Source: Nitrospirota bacterium
GTDB taxonomy: Bacteria; Nitrospirota; UBA9217
Direction of reading: 5' to 3'
Assembly (NCBI GenBank): GCA_963754875.1
Contig: CAVWHO010000016.1
Coordinates: 160,001 to 224,000, forward strand
Length of the DNA: 64,000 bases
Numbering within the stretch: the stretch's first letter is position 1; each line of letters opens with the position of its first letter. Of this stretch, positions 1-9,848 are shown piece after piece. The notes under the pieces were generated by a model, which was not told the origin of the DNA, ran no database searches, and worked only from the letters and a program-made list of their open reading frames with translations. Both the position numbers and the translations under genes were made by a program.

Positions 1-222
1 GCAACATTGATCTTACTTCGGGGCCTGTGTTAAGGTGGTCTTAATTCTGGAGTTTGGATAGTGGATTTACAGCATTTCAATCCCTATCCACTTCTCCGCC
101 CGCTCGATCCGGTCGTCGTTTTCGATGAGCTATCGAATGGCGACTTATTAACTGTCCAGTCCCTGATCGCATGCCACCCGCCCACCAATGGGTTCTCACA
201 CCAGGATCTGTAATAGTAAACG

Positions 223-597
223 TTATTTTCGCAATTCCGCAAAAGATGATTTTACTACTCCTGCGAAATCAATAAGGTAGTATGTTCCTTGCTGAACAGT
301 CGTGCTGAATCTCTCGTCGGCCTGTTGCATAATTTCCTCAATCTTATGAACTGCCTTCTCAGGCAATTGTTTTAGCTCGGATGATACATTTTCCAGAATT
401 TCCGCGCTCTTTACTTCTATTTTATTGAGCGCACAGTCCACACGATCCACAGTTTTCGTGAAGGTAGAGCGAACCTTTTCCTGCACACTTTCCTGTGGCA
501 TCTTTGTCGAAATATAACCCGCAACGCTACCCAATTTCTCTCCGAATAAAGCTGCAATACTCTCGACTTTGTCTTTATTGCTTTTTTGGAAAGCCAT
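223..597 (-). CDS. Hypothetical helical protein, 124 aa
   Basis: Open ORF with GGAGG ribosome-binding site upstream; no recognisable family. Confidence 0.6.
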   Translation of the reverse strand: MAFQKSNKDKVESIAALFGEKLGSVAGYISTKMPQESVQEKVRSTFTKTVDRVDCALNKIEVKSAEILENVSSELKQLPEKAVHKIEEIMQQADERFSTTVQQGTYYLIDFAGVVKSSFAELRK

Positions 598-644
598 CTT
601 AACCTCCTTTTGTTTTCAACACTCAGACACTTGAAAGCCAGAGC

Positions 645-920
645 TTATTTTGTCCATTGTGAGATCGGATGCTCATTCTTGTCTCTAAAATTCCCCGATG
701 CTATCATGACAAGATCAAGAAACCACCACAAACCGAAACCACCCATGCTAAACAACATGATCAGAGCAGTGCCTGTTTTCCCCGAGTAAAATCGATGCCC
801 CCCGGCCCATCCAAAAAAGAAGCACAACAGCAATGCGACCAAACGACTCTTGCTTGATGCGGCAGCCTCCTCTTTCGTCTCGGAAATTTTTGCAGCTTCT
901 ACTGTTGCGTCCTCCATCAT
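645..920 (-). CDS. TM2-domain membrane protein (paralog 1)
   Basis: SKSRLVALLLCFFFGWAGGHRFYSGKTGTALIMLFSMGGFGLWWFLD matches the TM2 pattern (G-x-HRFY-x-G...GG-x-G-x-WW-x2-D). Confidence 0.85.
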   Translation of the reverse strand: MMEDATVEAAKISETKEEAAASSKSRLVALLLCFFFGWAGGHRFYSGKTGTALIMLFSMGGFGLWWFLDLVMIASGNFRDKNEHPISQWTK

Positions 921-1018
921 AACACATCCTTTCCTCCCGGTTAAACGGGAATTGATGTTTGCTCCTATGAGCATTGATTTTCTTTGCTCGTAACTTACAC
1001 GCTAAATAATTAGTTGTC

Positions 1019-1034
1019 TGTATCATAAGATACA
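1019..1034 (-). promoter_or_regulatory. Palindromic GTA-N8-TAC box, candidate CRP/NtcA-type operator
   Basis: Perfect TGTATC-ATAA-GATACA; minus-strand TAAGTT (992-997) lies 22 nt downstream, towards TM2 paralog 1. Confidence 0.65.
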
Positions 1035-1295
1035 TATAATAAATTGCATTTATGTGATAAAGTGCTTACAAGGTTTAATCGATGAGAAGAAGATGGGCCG
1101 CTCGCGCCATATTGGGATACCTCAGGTAGTGCGTTTTTGGGAAAGCGGGCACATGAATTGTAGTGCGAAATAAATGAATTACTGTGAATTTTATCCTCAT
1201 ATTCAATATGTTTCGCTACCACGAAGAATGCTGTAAGTTGTGGACAATAAAATCGTGATCACATTAACAAAAAGCGTCTGAAGGAAGGGGTATGG

Positions 1296-2282
1296 ATGAT
1301 GAAACAGAAAGTAACGTTCCTGTTTGTTGTTTTGTTTTTGCTACTTGCGACGTCAAGTTTTGCGAATGATTATGGTGTATATGTAAAGGTTATCGAGGGA
1401 GCACCTGGAAGCTATGCAGATGTAAGCTCGAAAATCGAAACAGCCTTAAAAAGTTCCGGGTGGAATATTCTTGCAATGTATGACACCGGTGTACCTGATT
1501 ATTGTCCCTATAATTCCAGGGTAATAATTTTTACTTCTCCGTCCTATGCAGAATCCATAATTGACCATGGAATACAAGCTGTCTTCGCGATTCCGCTCAA
1601 AGTCGGAATCTACGAGGATAAAGCAGGAGTAAATGTGGTTCTGTTAAACCCTGTATCCATAAATAGAACCATCATCAACAAAAAGAAATTTGAAGTACAA
1701 TCGCTTGCGACGCTCAATTCTATCAGTGAGATCGTATCAAAAGCGGTACCATCAGCCATCATTGTAAATAAGCAACTGGGGGAAATCCGGAAAAGCGGCA
1801 GCGTAGGCGGGATAGGCGGAGGTGACTTCGCAGATAAAATAGTAACTTTGTTTACTTCCCGCGACGATTCAGATACCAACTTCAAAAAGATAGCAAAAAA
1901 AGTTAAGCTTGGCATCCTGCATAATCAGACGGGCTGGAAGCTGATTTACACGCTGGATCTTTCGAGTAATGGTGCAGTGATCTACGGAGTTACTGAAGAA
2001 AGAATGGAAGGCTCTGCATTCGCTATAGCGCGTGCGCAAGGTTCAAAGTTGTATAAACAGGTCGTATTGCATCATAATACGGCCTTTCCAATAGAGGTGG
2101 TTGTTTACAAAGAAGAAGGCAAGGTCAAGGTCGTCACGCTGGATGAAATGTACAGAATGGAACTTTATTTTCAGGATGTCGGTACCTGGCCGTTCATCAT
2201 GTATATAAGAAAGCCAAACCAGATCCAGGAGGACATTGTTGAAATGGCGATCGACGGCCTTATGCAGGGAAACGAGAACTAA
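1296..2282 (+). CDS. Secreted/periplasmic protein with probable tandem DUF302-like domains
   Basis: Signal peptide (SFA-ND); two similar halves (PLKVGIYEDKAGVNVVLLNP and FPIEVVVYKEEGKVKVVTLD). Confidence 0.55.
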   Translation: MMKQKVTFLFVVLFLLLATSSFANDYGVYVKVIEGAPGSYADVSSKIETALKSSGWNILAMYDTGVPDYCPYNSRVIIFTSPSYAESIIDHGIQAVFAIPLKVGIYEDKAGVNVVLLNPVSINRTIINKKKFEVQSLATLNSISEIVSKAVPSAIIVNKQLGEIRKSGSVGGIGGGDFADKIVTLFTSRDDSDTNFKKIAKKVKLGILHNQTGWKLIYTLDLSSNGAVIYGVTEERMEGSAFAIARAQGSKLYKQVVLHHNTAFPIEVVVYKEEGKVKVVTLDEMYRMELYFQDVGTWPFIMYIRKPNQIQEDIVEMAIDGLMQGNEN

Positions 2283-2348
2283 TGCTCTGAGCTTGAGGTT
2301 CCTGACGTCTTACCTTAATGGCAAACAGGCTGTAAGTTGATAAATCAT

Positions 2349-2792
2349 ATGAAAGCGACCGACGAAATCATTTTGGTAGCGCCGTGTGGAGCGCATTGCG
2401 GAGATTGTTGGGCATATAAATTAAAAGACGATCCTTCTTCGTGTGAAAATCTCATTGCCATGAACACCATGAACATATATTGGAGCGGCGCACCCTGCCC
2501 GGGATGTCGGCCTAGCGGAGGGAATTGCCAGTTCATCAATGGTGTATGCGAAACCTATACTTGTATTGAAAAACGAGGGTTGGTTTTTTGCTTTGAGTGT
2601 GTTGAATTCCCCTGCGATAAACTGAACCCGGCGGCAGAGATGGCAGATATCCTCCCGCATAATATTAAAATATTCAACTTGTGCTGCATCAAACAACATG
2701 GTGTAGCAAAATGGCTGCGTAAGGCTGCTGAAATTAATGCCAAATATTTTCACGGAAAAATGAGGATTGGGCGAGGACCGCAGCTTGACTAG
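2349..2792 (+). CDS. DUF3795-like Cys-rich protein
   Basis: APCGAHCGDC, CPGCR, C...C...C and FCFECVEFPC motifs. Confidence 0.7.
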   Translation: MKATDEIILVAPCGAHCGDCWAYKLKDDPSSCENLIAMNTMNIYWSGAPCPGCRPSGGNCQFINGVCETYTCIEKRGLVFCFECVEFPCDKLNPAAEMADILPHNIKIFNLCCIKQHGVAKWLRKAAEINAKYFHGKMRIGRGPQLD

Positions 2793-3123
2793 TTGACCCG
2801 TCGGCGGATTATTATGTCGTTGCAAATAGAATTATTTCGATTCGTAATAATATCAATATTTGCATGCATTACCGGGTGGCAATTTCCATAGGGATGAAAA
2901 CTCTTTAATTCAGTCTTTAAAACAAATAGCCCTGAAAATCCGGATCTTCATCGATAGTTGCTTAAGGGAACCAACGGCACAGGGGAAGAGTCGCCCCACA
3001 TTTAACCAAGAAACGGACTTATGAAGGGAAAATGCATTCATAATGGATGTCAAGTGTATGAGCAGAATGCCAAATGCGTTGCTGGGGCACAATGTGCAGG
3101 GGGGAAGTGCAGGCAATCAATAA

Positions 3124-3768
3124 TTATTTTTGCGCTGGTTCTTTTTCCGGCGTCAACACGATGTTGATTCTTCGATTCTTTGCCCTTCCTGCCTCAGTAT
3201 CGTTTGATGCGATTGGTCTATATGACGAGTAGCCTGTTGCGGCGAGGAGTTTGGGATCGATACCTTTCATCTGCAGATATCGAGCGACTGTTGTCGCGCG
3301 TGACGTTGAAAGCTCCCAGTTCGATGCGAACTTTGCCTTGATCCGTTTGCTTAATTGAACATTGTCTGTGTAGCCTTCGATGCGGATTTGCTTGCCAGTT
3401 GTTTTTTTCAAGATCACCGCGACACGGTCAAGGACCTTTTTCCCCTCCTTCTTTATATCCGCGCTGCCGGACTCAAACATGATCTGCTCAACAAGGTTGA
3501 CCGATAGCTGGTCCTTGAGCTGCGTGATGGTGATCTCGCCTTTTTTAATCTCCTGGCTCATCTCTCCCATGAGATTGTCATAGGTATTCTTTATCTCTTT
3601 GAGGGATCGCTCTTTCCCCTCGATTGTGGCATCTTTTTCCTCAACCAAGGTGGTGACTTGCTTTTTAAGAGAATCAATCTCCTTGTTCTTTCCATGGATG
3701 GTCGCAAAAACGATGATAAGCACCACAGTTGCCAAGATTAATCGCCACACTCTGCGAGTCCTCCTCAA
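3124..3768 (-). CDS. OmpA/MotB-family peptidoglycan-binding protein with N-terminal TM helix and coiled coil
   Basis: MFESGSADI, IRIEGYTDN, SNWELSTSRA, GRAKNRRINI motifs; start codon uncertain. Confidence 0.85.
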   Translation of the reverse strand: MRRTRRVWRLILATVVLIIVFATIHGKNKEIDSLKKQVTTLVEEKDATIEGKERSLKEIKNTYDNLMGEMSQEIKKGEITITQLKDQLSVNLVEQIMFESGSADIKKEGKKVLDRVAVILKKTTGKQIRIEGYTDNVQLSKRIKAKFASNWELSTSRATTVARYLQMKGIDPKLLAATGYSSYRPIASNDTEAGRAKNRRINIVLTPEKEPAQK

Positions 3769-3822
3769 AAGACCGATCTACGAATGGTAATTATTTTTAT
3801 ACGGCCCGTCTTATCCGTCAGA

Positions 3823-3861
3823 TACAAAAATAGGGTCGATAGCGCAATGTCTATCCACCCC
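3823..3861 (-). terminator. Rho-independent terminator after TM2 paralog 2 (homologous to 5786-5821)
   Basis: GGGTGGATAG...CTATCGACCC stem followed by a T-tract on the minus strand. Confidence 0.6.
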
Positions 3862-3880
3862 AGTGCTTCACCGATGGGTA

Positions 3881-4141
3881 TTATGCCAGTTTCCAATTTG
3901 TGAGAGGAAGTTCATCGCGGTCCTTGTATTTCCCCGTGGTGACCATAATGAGATCGATGAACCACCACATGCCGAAGCCCCCCATCGTAAACAGCATCAT
4001 GAGGCCGGTGCCGATCTTGCCCGTATAATAACGATGCGCTCCAGCCCAGCCGAAAAGGAAACACAACAGTGCTGCTATCCCACGGCTTTTATCCGATACT
4101 TTAAAATCCTTTTTTACATCCTGTGTCATTTCTTCCGACAT
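3881..4141 (-). CDS. TM2-domain membrane protein (paralog 2)
   Basis: KSRGIAALLCFLFGWAGAHRYYTGKIGTGLMMLFTMGGFGMWWFID...WKLA. Confidence 0.85.
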   Translation of the reverse strand: MSEEMTQDVKKDFKVSDKSRGIAALLCFLFGWAGAHRYYTGKIGTGLMMLFTMGGFGMWWFIDLIMVTTGKYKDRDELPLTNWKLA

Positions 4142-4248
4142 TATTTGATCCTCCGTAATACGCACTGGCAAGTGCCTAGTTTATAGTATTCTACGGCTAT
4201 CGATAGTGCAACAGTCCGCCCTCTTAGCATCGATATCTTCTGTTCATT

Positions 4249-4470
4249 CTACTCCTCGGCAAGGATAGTGCACTTTGCATAGATCCCTAAGATGCTGAGG
4301 ACCTCCTTTTCGACTTTGAGTTTTTTTAATTGCGCTTTTTTCATTGCTGTTCCAATGCTGCCATCGCAGACTGACATGAAACCAAAAAATGATGCTACAC
4401 GCGCAGTTCCTTTCTTTGCCCCTCTCCTTGCTGTACCCGTTGTTACCGCCGTCTTGGAAACAAACGTATG
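4249..4470 (-). pseudogene. 5'-truncated TRL-like lipoprotein gene
   Basis: SKTAVTTG..GAKKGTA..FFGFMSVCDGSIGTAMK..LSILGIYAKCTILAEE aligns with 6196-6516; signal peptide/lipobox missing, with the dsrE 3' end in its place. Confidence 0.75.
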
Positions 4471-4480
4471 AAGAATGCCC

Positions 4481-4954
4481 TTAAATGAACAGATTGATCT
4501 GCGAATCTGCTGCTGCATCCAACCATGAGGCTGCACCGCCGAACTCGACACCTTTAATGATGTCCGCCTGTTTATATCCCATCACGTCCATCGTCATCTG
4601 GCACGCAATGAGTTTCACACCAGAATCTTTGGCAAGCTCAAGAAGCTGGCCGATCGTGGCTACGCCATGTTTTTTAAACATAGACTTCATCATGGCCGTG
4701 GCCACGGCCTCCATGCCGGGCATCGATGAAATCCACGTCGGTATCGGTACCGGCATCGGCATGGCCGGATTGCCTAGGGGAGAAACCATCAGCTTTTCGG
4801 TGTTGCCCTTCTTAATAATCTCAAGACCGTAAAAAGTGAAGAAGATCGTTGTATCCACATCCATAGTCGAAGCTGTAGTTGCGAGAATCAGCGGAGGATA
4901 TGCCATATCCAGTGATCCCTTGGACGCGATAATTGTCATTTTTTTATTTGCCAT
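4481..4954 (-). CDS. DsrE/DsrF/DrsH-like (DsrE2-type) sulfur-relay protein
   Basis: KGSLDMAYPPLILATTA, IFFTFYGL, KLIACQMTMDVMG motifs. Confidence 0.85.
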   Translation of the reverse strand: MANKKMTIIASKGSLDMAYPPLILATTASTMDVDTTIFFTFYGLEIIKKGNTEKLMVSPLGNPAMPMPVPIPTWISSMPGMEAVATAMMKSMFKKHGVATIGQLLELAKDSGVKLIACQMTMDVMGYKQADIIKGVEFGGAASWLDAAADSQINLFI

Positions 4955-4955
4955 A

Positions 4956-5204
4956 TTATTCTCCTGCCATCTTTTTGATATAGAAGGTGAACGTCCCGGA
5001 GCCCTCTTACATCTTTACGATTGCATTGCCCGGTCGATTTGCCCAGGATGCCATATCCTTCTTTGATCCCGCATCCGTCGTCTCTACTCTCAGAACCTGA
5101 CATTGAGAAAGCGTTTCCATTTCTTTTTTTGTTTTCAAAATCGGGAGCGGACAACTCATGCCCTTTGCATCGAGTAGCTGGTCAAACTTTGTATCTGCTG
5201 GCAT
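4956..5204 (-). pseudogene. TusA-family sulfurtransferase with premature TAA
   Basis: LDAKGMSCPLPILKTKK (CPxP motif); TAA at 5007-5009, after which the frame continues EGSGTFTFYIKKMAGE to a stop next to the dsrE start. Confidence 0.75.
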
Positions 5205-5385
5205 ATTGCTATCTCCTATCAATAGCCATGTATTAAGATGGAAACCACTATTTTTTTAAAACACTCAGTAGTAAGACACTTACTTTCGATAAAATGGGAA
5301 GCACGATGCCTGGAAAATTAGAGGATACAAGATCATTGAACTATTTTTTCAACTTGTCGCCTTCTCAGCTATCCTCCGTGCCTCC

Positions 5386-5658
5386 TCAAAAACGCCCGGT
5401 GATGGCCGGAGCGATTGAAATGGTGTCGCCGTTTTTGAGTGTGGTGTCTTCCTTGTTTAAAAATAGAATGCCTTCATTATTTAAGTAAATATTAATGAAA
5501 TAACGTACTTTCCCGTTATCGGATAGCCGCTCCTTCATCCTCGGGTAACTCTCCTCAAGCGTCTTAAGACCAGCAATGTTCTTCACCATGCATTCGACCT
5601 CTACGTTCCCGTTAGTCAACTTCTGTAGCGGTGTTGGTATTCTCACTTTTATAGACAG
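5386..5658 (-). pseudogene. Degenerate MoaD/ThiS (ubiquitin-like) sulfur carrier
   Basis: SIKVRIPTPLQKLT..FINIYLN..LKNGDTISIAPAI; the start after the GAGGA RBS reads CTG and the C-terminal GG is replaced by GRF. Confidence 0.7.
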
Positions 5659-5785
5659 GTTGCTATCCTCCGAATAGTGGGATATCGCACCTCGCAGCTG
5701 TCATACAAATATTTGCTGTCCGATCTCTTGATCTCCGCGCATGTATTTCTCTTTCGTGGTCTCAAACGGTTGGTTGCACGATAAA

Positions 5786-5821
5786 TAAAAAGAGGTGGAT
5801 AGACTTACGCCTATCCACCCG
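5786..5821 (-). terminator. Rho-independent terminator after TM2 paralog 3
   Basis: GGTGGATAG...CTATCCACC stem plus T-tract on the minus strand. Confidence 0.65.
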
Positions 5822-5840
5822 GTAGGCCAGTGCTCCCGTT

Positions 5841-6113
5841 TTAAGCCAGCTTCCATTCAGCGATCACAGAATTGTTATTGTCCTTAAATTTCCCTATCAG
5901 GAGCATGACGAAATCATAGAACCACACCAATCCAAATCCACCCATCGTGAACAGCATGATGAGACCCATTTTCGTCTGCTTGGCATAGAAACGGTGTGCA
6001 CCTGCCCACCCAAAAAACATACACAATGCCAAAGCAATTGAACGACTCTTGCTGGAAACCTGCACTTCTTTTGCTGACTTTTCTTCCGCAACTTCCTTAT
6101 TTTCTTCTGACAT
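5841..6113 (-). CDS. TM2-domain membrane protein (paralog 3)
   Basis: KSRSIALALCMFFGWAGAHRFYAKQTKMGLIMLFTMGGFGLVWFYD...WKLA. Confidence 0.85.
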   Translation of the reverse strand: MSEENKEVAEEKSAKEVQVSSKSRSIALALCMFFGWAGAHRFYAKQTKMGLIMLFTMGGFGLVWFYDFVMLLIGKFKDNNNSVIAEWKLA

Positions 6114-6195
6114 TTCACGTCTCCTTATCGTTTGGTTTGATCTTTATACATAAAACTACTCTTAATCTGGTACCTAAGCCCTTATGTTTAGGCAA

Positions 6196-6516
6196 CTACT
6201 CTCCTGCAACAATGGTGCACTGTTTTGTGTAGATGCCGAAGATGCTGAGATTGTCTTTGTCCACACTGAATATTTCCTTAATTCCGCCGTTCTTCATTGC
6301 GGCTCCAATGCTGCCATCTCCGATTGACGTAAATCCAAAAAGGCCTTTTATACATGCGGTTCCCTTCTTTGCCCCTGTCTTTGCCGGGCCCGTTGATACT
6401 GCTGTCTTCGACGCCGTATATCCCCAGCCAAAAGGTCCGTCCGCGACAAAACCGCACCCAGTGATTCCCACTGCCAATAACGCCAGAACTGCTACCGCAA
6501 CTAGTGTCCTCTTCAT
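6196..6516 (-). CDS. TRL-like family lipoprotein
   Basis: Lipobox ITGC; K-x-G-x-AC...GDGSIGAAMKNGGIKEIFSVD...QCTIVAGE pattern. Confidence 0.8.
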   Translation of the reverse strand: MKRTLVAVAVLALLAVGITGCGFVADGPFGWGYTASKTAVSTGPAKTGAKKGTACIKGLFGFTSIGDGSIGAAMKNGGIKEIFSVDKDNLSIFGIYTKQCTIVAGE

Positions 6517-6610
6517 TCCTGCTACCTCCCTTTGATTGAAATAATTGGATTATTGAAAATCCTTTGTACAAGCTTGAAACCGATGCTACACCAGATGCCG
6601 TACTGTTGTC

Positions 6611-6626
6611 TGTGCCTTTTGATACA
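6611..6626 (-). promoter_or_regulatory. GTA-N8-TAC-like box upstream of TRL gene
   Basis: TGTGCC-TTTT-GATACA; minus-strand TAGCAT (6583-6588) 23 nt downstream. Confidence 0.55.
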
Positions 6627-6652
6627 TGCGGCACTGAATTCTTAGTAGAACC

Positions 6653-6892
6653 TTACATCCAGTTAGAAATTTCGTTGTTGTCTTTGTCTAATAATTGGCC
6701 TGAGGCGGTTAAGATGCAATCAATGAACCACCAGAGGCCAAAACCGCCTAAGGTAAACAGCATGATGAGGCCAGTGCCCGTCTTTCGCGCATAAAAACGA
6801 TGCGCGCCCGCCCATCCCAGAAAAAAACACAACAGTGTGGCGATCATGCGGCTCCTCTGAGATGCTTGAACGATATTCTTTTTCTCGGCCAT
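6653..6892 (-). CDS. TM2-domain membrane protein (paralog 4)
   Basis: RSRMIATLLCFFLGWAGAHRFYARKTGTGLIMLFTLGGFGLWWFID; GGAGG RBS before ATG at 6892. Confidence 0.85.
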   Translation of the reverse strand: MAEKKNIVQASQRSRMIATLLCFFLGWAGAHRFYARKTGTGLIMLFTLGGFGLWWFIDCILTASGQLLDKDNNEISNWM

Positions 6893-6998
6893 GTTGCCTC
6901 CTCTATTTATACAAATTGTTTCTGAACAACGTTGATTGATTGAATACCAATAATCTCGATCATCGCTGATAGAAATATCACTTCTATGATGAATAGTC

Positions 6999-7014
6999 GG
7001 TATCCGACGATACA
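6999..7014 (-). promoter_or_regulatory. GTA-N8-TAC box upstream of TM2 paralog 4
   Basis: GGTATC-CGAC-GATACA about 107 bp upstream of the start; -10 match is weak. Confidence 0.55.
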
Positions 7015-7316
7015 TGTTTCTAATATTTTTTGGCTTATTTTGGACGGTACTTATGATCTGTCCGCGGTCTGTTAGACGGCTCTCGGAAAAACCGGGCTGA
7101 GCCATAAGAAACATCATCCGGAGAGATTAAAGGCGAGGCTGCTCATGACATCGAGCAGAGCGGTCGTAGTCGATCAGTTCCATGATTGTCGGTCTTTCAC
7201 CACACAGTGGGCATTCATGATTGCTGACGCCTTTATGGTACGATGCCCCTGTTCAACGCGTACCAAAATTAGGTTTCCTTTAAGTACAAAATTAAACTGC
7301 TTAGTCAGAATTAGTT

Positions 7317-8480
7317 TTATTTGCAGCTGTCGCTCAGAAAGCAGAATCTTCCAATACTGTGCTGCCAAAGCGGAGCCACGTTATTCTCCCACCAGTTTGC
7401 CCCGTTTTTTTTCTGTGAAGCCTCAACAAGCATGGTTATTTCGGTCTGATCGGTTAAAGCTTCTATTTTAAACTTATCCCTTACTTTATTGCTGGAATGG
7501 CCTAACGTTATCTTTGAGCCGACTGATACGACTTCCCCGTCGTCATATATAATTGTACAATTTGGCTCAGAGGAAGATACGGTATAGTTAACATATTCAC
7601 CCTCGGGAAAAGAAATCCAGTGAGGTGTTTGCTCGTTGGCCTGAAGCTGAAAAGAGTACTCCCCGGGCTGATAGATAATTTCGCCGGGCATATCGGATTC
7701 CACTGCAGCTTCACCGAGGTATTTTATTGCCAGAGCCCTGTTCTCGTTGGTTGCATTTTCATGACCGACTTTTCTGCCCAATTTTTTGGCTTCCTCAAGA
7801 TGATATCTGCCGAGCGTCTGCTTATTTTCTTCGTACTCTCTGGAATATTTTGCGTTGTTGAACCGGACGGCCTTTTCGAGCATGTCAACCCGTTCTTCGC
7901 TGGTTGATGCCGCTTGGCTCAGTGAATAATAATAGCCAGATATGGCCGGGTTAAGCTCAAGATCGATTTTGCCGGCCATATACAACAACAGGTCGGAAGA
8001 TGCCTTTGTATTACTGGCTTGCTTTCCTCTCCGGAGCAGGCTTGCGGCAACCTTTTTAGACAGGATGGGATCATAAAGAAAGGCTTCCCGGTAAAGCTCC
8101 TCCGCTTTTTGCAAATCGCCGGCATTGAGTTTCGCATAGGCTCGTTGTGCGTAAAGGATTGCAATCCTTTTCCCGTACTTAGTCTTAACTACACCAGCGC
8201 TGAACCGATCCTTGGCGCATCGCAAGTTGCCCTGGTTCAAGCAAAATTTCCCTTTTAGGAAGTGAAGTTTTGCATCTGTCGGATTTTGGATTATCAGTCG
8301 GTCAAAGCAGTCGCTTGCCTTGTCCGGCAGATTGAATTTCAGATAGTTTTCCGCATCAACCGAGGACTTACATTTGAGCGCGCTCGCGGCAGATACGGTC
8401 GCTGAGGATAGCAATGCCGCAAGAAGGAGTGTGATTATTTTTTTCAACAGAGACCTCATATTATACTGAAAATGACCCAT
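7317..8480 (-). CDS. Secreted TPR-repeat protein
   Basis: Signal peptide; TPR-like helices (NPTDAKLHFLKG, GDLQKAEELYREAFLYDP); beta-rich C-terminal domain. Confidence 0.65.
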   Translation of the reverse strand: MGHFQYNMRSLLKKIITLLLAALLSSATVSAASALKCKSSVDAENYLKFNLPDKASDCFDRLIIQNPTDAKLHFLKGKFCLNQGNLRCAKDRFSAGVVKTKYGKRIAILYAQRAYAKLNAGDLQKAEELYREAFLYDPILSKKVAASLLRRGKQASNTKASSDLLLYMAGKIDLELNPAISGYYYSLSQAASTSEERVDMLEKAVRFNNAKYSREYEENKQTLGRYHLEEAKKLGRKVGHENATNENRALAIKYLGEAAVESDMPGEIIYQPGEYSFQLQANEQTPHWISFPEGEYVNYTVSSSEPNCTIIYDDGEVVSVGSKITLGHSSNKVRDKFKIEALTDQTEITMLVEASQKKNGANWWENNVAPLWQHSIGRFCFLSDSCK

Positions 8481-8557
8481 GTTTACCCCTGAATTACGTT
8501 ATACGGCTGAGTTGAGATCCGCAGATTTTCGTTTGAAAAAGCTTTAGATTGGATCAG

Positions 8558-9232
8558 TTATTCATATCCAGCAGAATATTTTATTTGATCCAGCAATTTT
8601 ACTTCGTCGATTAGTTTGATCTGCTCGCTCGTCGTTTGGATTAAGCCATCTTTTCTCAATTTAGAAAAACACCTTGACACGGACACCCTTGTTGAACCTG
8701 TTAAATCCGCTATCTCCTGATGGGTCAACGGTATTTTGACAATTTTATTGTCTGCATATTTCAGCAACAGGGCTATTACTCTTGCGGGAATTTCCATGAA
8801 TGCCATGTCTTGAAGCAGATTTTCCATCGCTAGCCGTCTGTCCCCGATGAGTTTGATCAGTGTAAGGGCAAAATCGGGTCTTTTCTGCATAAAACCTTCG
8901 AAATGGACTTTGTCTATCTCGCAGCAGACAGAGTCCATCATGGCTTCTGCAAAGGATCTCCGCTCTTTTTCACCGGCGAGGCACAATTCTCCGAAAAATT
9001 GACCTGGTTCAATCAGGTCAATGGTAAGTTTCCTTCCATCCGTATTGACTCTTGATATTTTGATTATTCCTTGTTGCAGAATATATATAGCGTCTGAGGG
9101 ATCGCCCTGCATGAATACGGCATCTCCCTTAGCAATCTTCAAATGCCTGGAGAATTGCGACAGGCTTTCAATTTCTTGCTTCGACAAGTCAGAAAAGAGC
9201 GTGGCGCCATGAAGACATTGTTCTTTGAACAT
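8558..9232 (-). CDS. CRP/FNR-family transcriptional regulator (NtcA-like HTH), paralog 1
   Basis: cNMP-binding domain (GQFFGELCL..RRSFAEA) plus HTH LTHQEIADLTGSTRVSVSR. Confidence 0.92.
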   Translation of the reverse strand: MFKEQCLHGATLFSDLSKQEIESLSQFSRHLKIAKGDAVFMQGDPSDAIYILQQGIIKISRVNTDGRKLTIDLIEPGQFFGELCLAGEKERRSFAEAMMDSVCCEIDKVHFEGFMQKRPDFALTLIKLIGDRRLAMENLLQDMAFMEIPARVIALLLKYADNKIVKIPLTHQEIADLTGSTRVSVSRCFSKLRKDGLIQTTSEQIKLIDEVKLLDQIKYSAGYE

Positions 9233-9292
9233 AGCACATCTCGATCTTTTTGCATTCAGCCGCGTTGAAAGCCGATACCCCTTGAATATTCT

Positions 9293-9691
9293 TTATTCAT
9301 TTGGCCTAATGTCTCCGCCATCAAGCATCATTACAAGTCTGTAAGGAATAAAAGGTTTTTGGAGGAAGTCATTCGCACCAGCGCACAAGAATTCCATGCC
9401 TTTATCCTCTTCGCTCAGGACTATTATGATGGCTGCGGGGCATAGCTCGCCGAGCTGTTCTATGAGTTCAAAACCATTTATATCGGGCATATTATGATCT
9501 AGGATAATGTAATCGACATCATCAGTTGCTAATAATAACGGCGCATCTTTACTAAGTTCAGGGAATGATATATCAATGCCGTGTGCGTCCAAAGCATAAT
9601 TCAGAATGTCTTTGAGATCTCTATCGTACGAGAACATCATTACTCTCTGCTTGTATCGTGACGATCCTTTTTTTCGCAATGTAAAGCTCAA
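9293..9691 (-). CDS. Stand-alone response-regulator receiver protein
   Basis: IILDHNMPDINGFEL, IIVLS, GANDFLQKPF motifs. Confidence 0.8.
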   Translation of the reverse strand: MSFTLRKKGSSRYKQRVMMFSYDRDLKDILNYALDAHGIDISFPELSKDAPLLLATDDVDYIILDHNMPDINGFELIEQLGELCPAAIIIVLSEEDKGMEFLCAGANDFLQKPFIPYRLVMMLDGGDIRPNE

Positions 9692-9795
9692 TTGTATATC
9701 CTACATTGCATTATAAGCATCCTTGGGGGTTGTATCGATTGGCTTTAGCGCGGGTTAATTTACTTTTTTCGGTTAGTTTATTAATACATGTCCAT

Positions 9796-9840
9796 CGAAT
9801 CAGCAAGGGAATCGCTTTCGCAGAATCCCTTGCTGATTCG
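9796..9840. terminator. Long GC-rich hairpin after the 9849 gene
   Basis: CGAATCAGCAAGGGA...TCCCTTGCTGATTCG inverted repeat. Confidence 0.6.
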
Positions 9841-9848
9841 TACCTGGA

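Noticed and set aside
2955..3120. Purine-rich stretch with AAGGGAA resembling a cobalamin riboswitch
   Set aside because: Core B12-box elements not found; it lies between convergent gene ends.
5007..5009. Internal stop in tusA as possible recoding
   Set aside because: The codon is TAA, not TGA/TAG, and lies away from the catalytic Cys; a nonsense change fits better.
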